A DNA stretch of 64,000 nt. It comes from an uncultured Lachnospiraceae bacterium (lineage in GTDB: Bacteria; Bacillota; Clostridia; Lachnospirales; Lachnospiraceae). Both the position numbers and the translations under genes were made by a program. The notes beneath the pieces were generated by a model. That model did no database searches and was not told the origin of the DNA. It saw only the letters and a list, made by a program, of their open reading frames with translations. The stretch is from positions 17,025 to 81,024 of the forward strand of contig CATLGV010000015.1 in the NCBI GenBank assembly GCA_949948735.1. The letters run 5' to 3'. Of the stretch, positions 58,370-64,000 are shown piece after piece (within the stretch, counting starts at the first letter, position 1; every line of letters begins with the position of its first letter).

Positions 58370-59059
58370 ATGAGTCTTTTTAAAGAAATATATCCGAAAA
58401 ACGAATTGCCCTATGACAAATTTATGAGGCTTGGCGCCGAAAGTCTTTCAGACGCGGAGCTGCTCGCGATTATGTTAAGGACAGGAACAAAAGACAAAAC
58501 CCCCATAGAACTTGGAAGGGATATTTTGAATCTGGCCGGAAAAAAATGGGGACTGCTCGGGCTGCATCATTTTTCCGTAAAGGACTTGACGCAGCTTCCG
58601 GGAATCGGCGAGGTCAAGGCGGTGCAGCTCTTATGCATTGCAGAGATTGCACGGCGTACCTCTGTCATGCAGGCAAGGTCGGCGCTGACCTTCGACTGCC
58701 CGGAGACGGTGGCGGCTTATTATATGGAAAGCATGCGCCATCTTGAGACAGAGCAGCTCTTACTGGTTTTGCTGGATGTGAAGAAGCGAATACTCAGCGA
58801 AGCCGTGATTTCTGTAGGGACGCTGAACGCCACACTGGTGTCGCCGAGGGAAATCTTTATCCGTGCAATGCGTGAAGAAGCAGCTTATATTGTGCTGCTG
58901 CACAATCATCCGAGCGGGGATCCCGATCCCAGCAGACAGGACATGCTGGTCACGCACAAGATCAAAGAAATATCCAATTTAATCGAAATCCCTTTATTGG
59001 ATCACATCATTATAGGAGATAACCGGTACACAAGTTTTAAACAGAAAGGGCTTTTATGA
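58370..59059 (+). CDS. radC: RadC (JAB domain) protein
   Basis: LSDAELLAI.LRTG, GIGEVKA, HNHPSGD, LLDHIIIG. Confidence 0.96.
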   Translation: MSLFKEIYPKNELPYDKFMRLGAESLSDAELLAIMLRTGTKDKTPIELGRDILNLAGKKWGLLGLHHFSVKDLTQLPGIGEVKAVQLLCIAEIARRTSVMQARSALTFDCPETVAAYYMESMRHLETEQLLLVLLDVKKRILSEAVISVGTLNATLVSPREIFIRAMREEAAYIVLLHNHPSGDPDPSRQDMLVTHKIKEISNLIEIPLLDHIIIGDNRYTSFKQKGLL

Positions 59060-59078
59060 GAAACAGAAAGGAGTTGTT

Positions 59079-60089
59079 ATGTTGGCTAACAACGCATTTG
59101 GTATTGATTTAGGTACCAGAACGATCAAGATTTATAACGCGCACAATGACGGAGTTACCGTTGAGAAAAATATGATAGCGATTGAGGACAAGAAGAACCT
59201 CTTCGCGTATGGGGACTCGGCATTTGAGATGTTTGAGAAAGCGCCCTCCAACATTGAGATTTCCTATCCGCTGTGCAATGGCGTGATTGCGGATATTAAA
59301 AATATGCAGATGCTTTTAAGAAATTTCATACTTGACTGTAACAAGGGCGTGCTCAAGCCCTCTGAATTTTATATTGCCGTGCCGTCCGATGTGACTGCGG
59401 TAGAAAAGAGGGCCTTTTCGGATCTTGTCAAGGACGCGAACGTCAAGGCCAAAAAGATTATGCGTGTGGAGAAGGCCGTTGCTGACGGACTCGGACTTGA
59501 CATTGACGTCAAGAACGCGCAGGGCATTCTGGTGGTAAATGTTGGCTTTCATACGACCGAGATTTCTATTCTGTCTCTGGGCGGTATTGTGCTCAGCCGG
59601 CTGATTAAGGTAGGCGGACAGAAGTTTGACGAATCCATCAAAGGCGCTATCCGCAAGGAGTTCAGCCTGATTGTGGGAAGCAAAACGGCCGAGGACGTCA
59701 AAATCTCGCTTCGGGATCTGGAACAGGAGAAAAAGGGAGCCGTTGTCTACGGGCGCGACATCGTTACGGGTCTTCCGATGGAGAAGGAAATCCCTACGGA
59801 TCTGGTAAGCGAAAGCATGCTTGAGAACTTTAACGTGATTATAGATAATATCCGGGTTATTCTGGAGAGAACGCCGCCTGAGCTTTCTGCGGATATTTTC
59901 CGGCGCGGCCTTTATCTGACAGGCGGTGCGTCGCAGGTGGCGCATCTTGCGGAGCTGATTGCGAAGGGAACGGGCCTGAAGGTCAATGTCAGCGAGAACC
60001 CTATCACGGGCGTTGCGCTCGGACTTGCCAAGATCATTAAAGACGACAACTACAAATCAGTTGCTTATTTAGAAGGAATGGGGCGGTAA
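59079..60089 (+). CDS. mreB: Rod shape-determining protein MreB (divergent)
   Basis: GIDLGT, PLCNGVIAD, GRDIVTGLP, TPPELSADI; upstream of mreC. Confidence 0.9.
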   Translation: MLANNAFGIDLGTRTIKIYNAHNDGVTVEKNMIAIEDKKNLFAYGDSAFEMFEKAPSNIEISYPLCNGVIADIKNMQMLLRNFILDCNKGVLKPSEFYIAVPSDVTAVEKRAFSDLVKDANVKAKKIMRVEKAVADGLGLDIDVKNAQGILVVNVGFHTTEISILSLGGIVLSRLIKVGGQKFDESIKGAIRKEFSLIVGSKTAEDVKISLRDLEQEKKGAVVYGRDIVTGLPMEKEIPTDLVSESMLENFNVIIDNIRVILERTPPELSADIFRRGLYLTGGASQVAHLAELIAKGTGLKVNVSENPITGVALGLAKIIKDDNYKSVAYLEGMGR

Positions 60090-60093
60090 TTGA

Positions 60094-60963
60094 ATGAGTC
60101 CGGTGATAAAGAGGAAAAAACAGAGCTTCTCTATCCCCAGTAAATATTTGCTGCTGCTTTTGACCTGTCTGTGCGTCGGGCTGATGTCCCTGACCTTTTT
60201 TACGGATTATTCCGCTGTGCCGCTCAATAAGCTGCTGGGATATATCATAGTGCCGTTTCAGGAGGGTGTGAGCCGTGTCGGCGCATGGATATCCGTGCGG
60301 ATGGACGAGCTCGGGGAGCTTCGGGTGGTGCTGGAGGAGAATCAGGAGCTTCGCAGGCAGATTGACGAGCTGACGGCAAAGAACACCCAGCTTCAACAGA
60401 GCCAGTACGAGCTGAACAACCTGCGCGAGCTGTATAAGCTGGATGAGCAGTACAGCGATTACGACAAGGTAGGGGCGCGTATTATTGCCCGTGACGGCGG
60501 GAACTGGTTTCATGCGTTTACGATTGACAAGGGGACGAATGACGGGCTGGCGGTCGATATGAATGTTATCGCAGGCGGAGGGCTTGTCGGCAGGATAATT
60601 GATATTGGCCCCAACTGGGCGAAGGTGAATGCGATAATCAACGATGACTCCAATGTCAGCGCGATGGTGCTTGCCAGCTCGGATATTATGATGGTGAGGG
60701 GGTCGCTGCAGCTGATGGACGAGGGCGTCATCGGCTTCGAGCAGCTGATCGATTCCAAAGAGTTGGTTCAGGTGGGCGATAAGGTGGTTACCTCCAATAT
60801 CAGCGACAAATACCTGCCAAGTATCCTGATCGGCTATATCAGCGAGATTGGTCAGGATTCGAACAATATTACCAAATCAGGGAAAATAACGCCTGCCGTG
60901 GATTTTGAGCATCTGGAGGAAGTTTTGGTGATCACCGAGATCAAACAGCAGGTTACGGATTGA
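60094..60963 (+). CDS. mreC: Rod shape-determining protein MreC
   Basis: TM helix, coiled coil, IDKG..DG, GLVG.I, GDKVVTS. Confidence 0.95.
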   Translation: MSPVIKRKKQSFSIPSKYLLLLLTCLCVGLMSLTFFTDYSAVPLNKLLGYIIVPFQEGVSRVGAWISVRMDELGELRVVLEENQELRRQIDELTAKNTQLQQSQYELNNLRELYKLDEQYSDYDKVGARIIARDGGNWFHAFTIDKGTNDGLAVDMNVIAGGGLVGRIIDIGPNWAKVNAIINDDSNVSAMVLASSDIMMVRGSLQLMDEGVIGFEQLIDSKELVQVGDKVVTSNISDKYLPSILIGYISEIGQDSNNITKSGKITPAVDFEHLEEVLVITEIKQQVTD

Positions 60964-60982
60964 CGATAGGGGCCGGTGCGGA

Positions 60983-61498
60983 ATGAAGAAAAATGTGATA
61001 CTGTTCTTTGTGATTTTGATAAGCTTTATTCTTCAGACGACGCTTTTCCAGGCGTTGAGCTTTGGCGGTATCGCCCCGAATCTTATGATAATTGTCACGG
61101 TTTCCTACGGGTTTATGTTTGATAAAAAATACGGTATGGTGGCTGGCTTTATCTGCGGGCTGCTGATGGATGTTTTTTACGGAGAGGTGCTTGGGTTTTA
61201 CGCACTTATTTATCTTTACATAGGCGCTGCGAACGGTACCTTCCATGCGATATTTTATCAGGAAGACATTAAGCTGCCGCTTGTGCTGATCGCGGTAAGC
61301 GACTTTGTATATTCTATTGTCTGCTATGTATTATTATTCCTGCTTCGCAGCAGATTTGATTTTGAATACTATCTGACAAAGATTATCGTGCCGGAGATTG
61401 TCTATACAATATTTGTTACGGTGTTCTTGTATCCCTGCATTTTACATTTGAACCGGACGGTTGAGGATACGGAAAGAGGTGACCATACGGTTGTTTAA
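60983..61498 (+). CDS. mreD: Rod shape-determining protein MreD
   Basis: Hydrophobic, PNL..I, GLLMD; synteny. Confidence 0.92.
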   Translation: MKKNVILFFVILISFILQTTLFQALSFGGIAPNLMIIVTVSYGFMFDKKYGMVAGFICGLLMDVFYGEVLGFYALIYLYIGAANGTFHAIFYQEDIKLPLVLIAVSDFVYSIVCYVLLFLLRSRFDFEYYLTKIIVPEIVYTIFVTVFLYPCILHLNRTVEDTERGDHTVV

Positions 61499-64000
61499 GA
61501 ATTTTTTGGAAGATTTGTTTGGTATACTTACGTCGAGACTGCTGATGCTGTTTATTGTCTTTACGGGAATGGCGGTGGTGCTGGTCTACAGGCTTTTTGA
61601 TTTGCAGATAGTCAACGGGCAGTCCTATGAGGACAATTTTCAGTTGATGATCGAAAAGAAAAAGACAACGGAAGGGACCCGCGGGGATATTTATGACAGG
61701 AACGGCAATCTGCTGGCGTATAATGAGCTGGCGTATTCCGTTACGATAGAGGATGTTTATGAGTCCGGAAAGTATAAAAACGAGCGCGTAAACGAGACGT
61801 TGTACCGGTTGATTCATATGATTGAGGGGAACGGGGACAGCGTTTCGAGTGATTTTTCCGTTATCATTGATGAGAACGGGGATTACGCGTTTTCCGTGGA
61901 GGGAACCCGTCTGCTCCGCTTTAAGGCGGACATTTATAATATAAGAACCGTGGATAATTTGAAATATTACATGAAAAACGCTTCTGCGCAGGAGATTATA
62001 GAGTATTTGTGCACCCGGTATGAAATCGGCGAATATGAGCTGCTTGAGAACGGCAAGAAGGGGACCTTTTATCCCGGCAGAGGGTATACCAAGCGGGAGG
62101 CGCTGCAGATTGCGAGCATCCGTTATCAGATGAGTCTGTACAGCTATCAGAAATATATCGCGACGACAGTTGCAACCGACGTCTCCATGGAAACAGTCGC
62201 TATGGTCATGGAGAACGCCAACGATCTTGACGGCGTGTCCGTTGAGGAGGGAACGATTCGCAAATACAATTACCCCTATTATTTTTCACATATTCTGGGG
62301 TATACCGGTAAAATCAGCCAGGAGGAGCTGGACACGCTTTCAGAGCAGGATCCCAGCTATACGGCAAATGACACGGTTGGCAAGAGCGGTATCGAACAGG
62401 TTATGGAGCTGGAGCTTCAGGGCCAAAAGGGCTCGGAGACGATTTACGTGGACAACCTGGGCAAGGTGATTGAGACGACGGATGTTATAGAACCGCAGGC
62501 CGGCAACGATTTATATCTGACAATTGATAAGGATCTGCAGGTGGCCGCGTATAATATTCTGGAGCAGAAGATTGCGGGCATCGTGGTATCCAAAATACAG
62601 AATATTTATGATTACGACCCTGCCACGGCACCTTCGCGAAGCAGGATTATTATACCGATTGGCGATGTCTATTTTGCGCTGTTCAACAATAATATTCTGG
62701 ATATCAGCCATTTCTCGAATGAGAATGCTTATGATATGGAAAAGGAGGTATACCAGACATTTCTGGATTACCAGGGGCAGGTGCTTGACACGCTGCGGAC
62801 GGAGCTGTCCGTTCAGAAGACGCCCTATGATAAGCTCACCAAGGAGTACAAGAGCTATGAGAGCTATGTGGTGACGATGCTTCTCAATAAGGGGGTGCTG
62901 ATAAGCAGCGCAATCGATACGGATGACCCGACCTATATTGCATGGACAAGGGACGAGGTTATCAGCCTGAATGAATACCTGACCTATGCGATTTCCAAGA
63001 ACTGGATCGACATCACGAAGCTTTCGGTAAACGCGCAATATTCCGACGCCGCCGTGGTTTTGGACAGCGTGATTGACTTTGCAATCAAAAATCTTCAGGG
63101 AAACACGGAATTTGCAAAGCGGCTTTACAAGTATATGATTAACAACCAGACGATAACAGGCAGGCAAATCTGCCTGCTGCTGTGGGAGCAGGATTTAATC
63201 AGCGTCGAAGAGAGCAGAATCGAGGAACTTAAGAACGGCAGCGCCAATGCATACCGTTTCATGCTGGATATGATAAGAACCCTGCAGATTACACCGGCCC
63301 AGCTGGCGCTTGAGCCCTGCAGCGGCTCCTGCGTCGTCACAGATGTCAATACCGGAGAGGTGCTTGCTTTGGTTTCTTATCCGGGCTACGACATCAACAA
63401 GCTTGCAAACGGCGTTGACGCGGAGTATTTTGCCCGTCTGCAGGCGGATTTATCCCTGCCGCAGTGGAATGCGGCGACGCAGCAGCGTACCGCGCCGGGA
63501 TCCACCTTTAAGATTGTAACGGCCGTTGCGGCCATGCATGAGGGGGCTGTCTCCTCACTGGGAGAGACCATTACCTGCACCGGCATCTATGATAAGCTGT
63601 CGCCGCCGCAGCGCTGCTGGATAGCGCCCGGGGCGCACGGCGCTATGAATCTGTCGAACGCGATTGCCAATTCCTGCAATATGTACTTTTATGAGGTCGG
63701 TTACCGCCTCAGCCAGAGAGAGGGCAGCTATAACGAGAGCTACGGCCTTTCCAGAATCGAGAAATACGCGGATATGTTCGGCCTTACGGAGAAATCAGGA
63801 GTTGAGATTATGGAATCCGAGCCGTCCTTTTCCGATGAACTGCCGGTCTCTACCGCAATCGGGCAGGGAACAAACAATTATACAACGGTGGGGCTTGCAA
63901 GATACACGACGGCGATTGCCAACAGCGGAACGGTTTATAATCTGAGCATTTTGGACAAGCTTACAGATTCCAAGGGCAATCTCATTGAGGATTATACGCC
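61491..64000 (+). CDS. mrdA: Class B penicillin-binding protein 2, 3' truncated by window edge (missing from ORF track)
   Basis: TTG start after GAGGTG; RLFDLQIV, RGDIYDRNG, GKSGIE, PGSTFK (SxxK), SCN (SxN). Confidence 0.92.
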   Translation, partial: MFKNFLEDLFGILTSRLLMLFIVFTGMAVVLVYRLFDLQIVNGQSYEDNFQLMIEKKKTTEGTRGDIYDRNGNLLAYNELAYSVTIEDVYESGKYKNERVNETLYRLIHMIEGNGDSVSSDFSVIIDENGDYAFSVEGTRLLRFKADIYNIRTVDNLKYYMKNASAQEIIEYLCTRYEIGEYELLENGKKGTFYPGRGYTKREALQIASIRYQMSLYSYQKYIATTVATDVSMETVAMVMENANDLDGVSVEEGTIRKYNYPYYFSHILGYTGKISQEELDTLSEQDPSYTANDTVGKSGIEQVMELELQGQKGSETIYVDNLGKVIETTDVIEPQAGNDLYLTIDKDLQVAAYNILEQKIAGIVVSKIQNIYDYDPATAPSRSRIIIPIGDVYFALFNNNILDISHFSNENAYDMEKEVYQTFLDYQGQVLDTLRTELSVQKTPYDKLTKEYKSYESYVVTMLLNKGVLISSAIDTDDPTYIAWTRDEVISLNEYLTYAISKNWIDITKLSVNAQYSDAAVVLDSVIDFAIKNLQGNTEFAKRLYKYMINNQTITGRQICLLLWEQDLISVEESRIEELKNGSANAYRFMLDMIRTLQITPAQLALEPCSGSCVVTDVNTGEVLALVSYPGYDINKLANGVDAEYFARLQADLSLPQWNAATQQRTAPGSTFKIVTAVAAMHEGAVSSLGETITCTGIYDKLSPPQRCWIAPGAHGAMNLSNAIANSCNMYFYEVGYRLSQREGSYNESYGLSRIEKYADMFGLTEKSGVEIMESEPSFSDELPVSTAIGQGTNNYTTVGLARYTTAIANSGTVYNLSILDKLTDSKGNLIEDYT

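Noticed and set aside
58370-59059. Mobile-element-type radC
   Set aside because: Full-length radC in the standard chromosomal radC-mreBCD context

Overview
A 64 kb chromosomal window from a spore-forming anaerobic Firmicute; gene order and content suggest Clostridia, probably Lachnospiraceae-like (inference). The backbone is almost all + strand: ftsK (partial), fhs, nfnAB-like pair, rlmH, pdp-yqfC-yqfD-phoH-(degenerate PgpH-like)-ybeY, a SpoVB/MurJ-like flippase, two flavoproteins, proB-nfo-DUF896-5FCL-proA, an ABC exporter with a LytTR/DUF3021 pair, miaB-mutS...mutL-miaA-ynbB and radC-mreBCD-PBP2 (partial). Three accessory patches interrupt it. (1) About 15 kb directly after the rlmH 3' end holds small unrelated genes (GNAT, Rpn nuclease with a probable internal antitoxin, XRE fusion, kinase, phosphoesterase, HAD, orphan immunity protein, HD proteins, PadR/4Fe-4S pair), a non-canonical Hsp90 plus Cys-motif TPR-like pair, and several gene stubs; it has no recombinase. 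(2) A minus-strand block of secreted proteins at 35.6-39.9 kb includes two tandem MORN-like/LysM paralogs with a hypervariable patch and a divergent XRE gene with twin operator-like boxes. (3) An insertion lies between mutS and mutL. I saw no rRNA, tRNA, CRISPR array, transposase or integrase. All family calls come from motif recognition by eye, not database searches.
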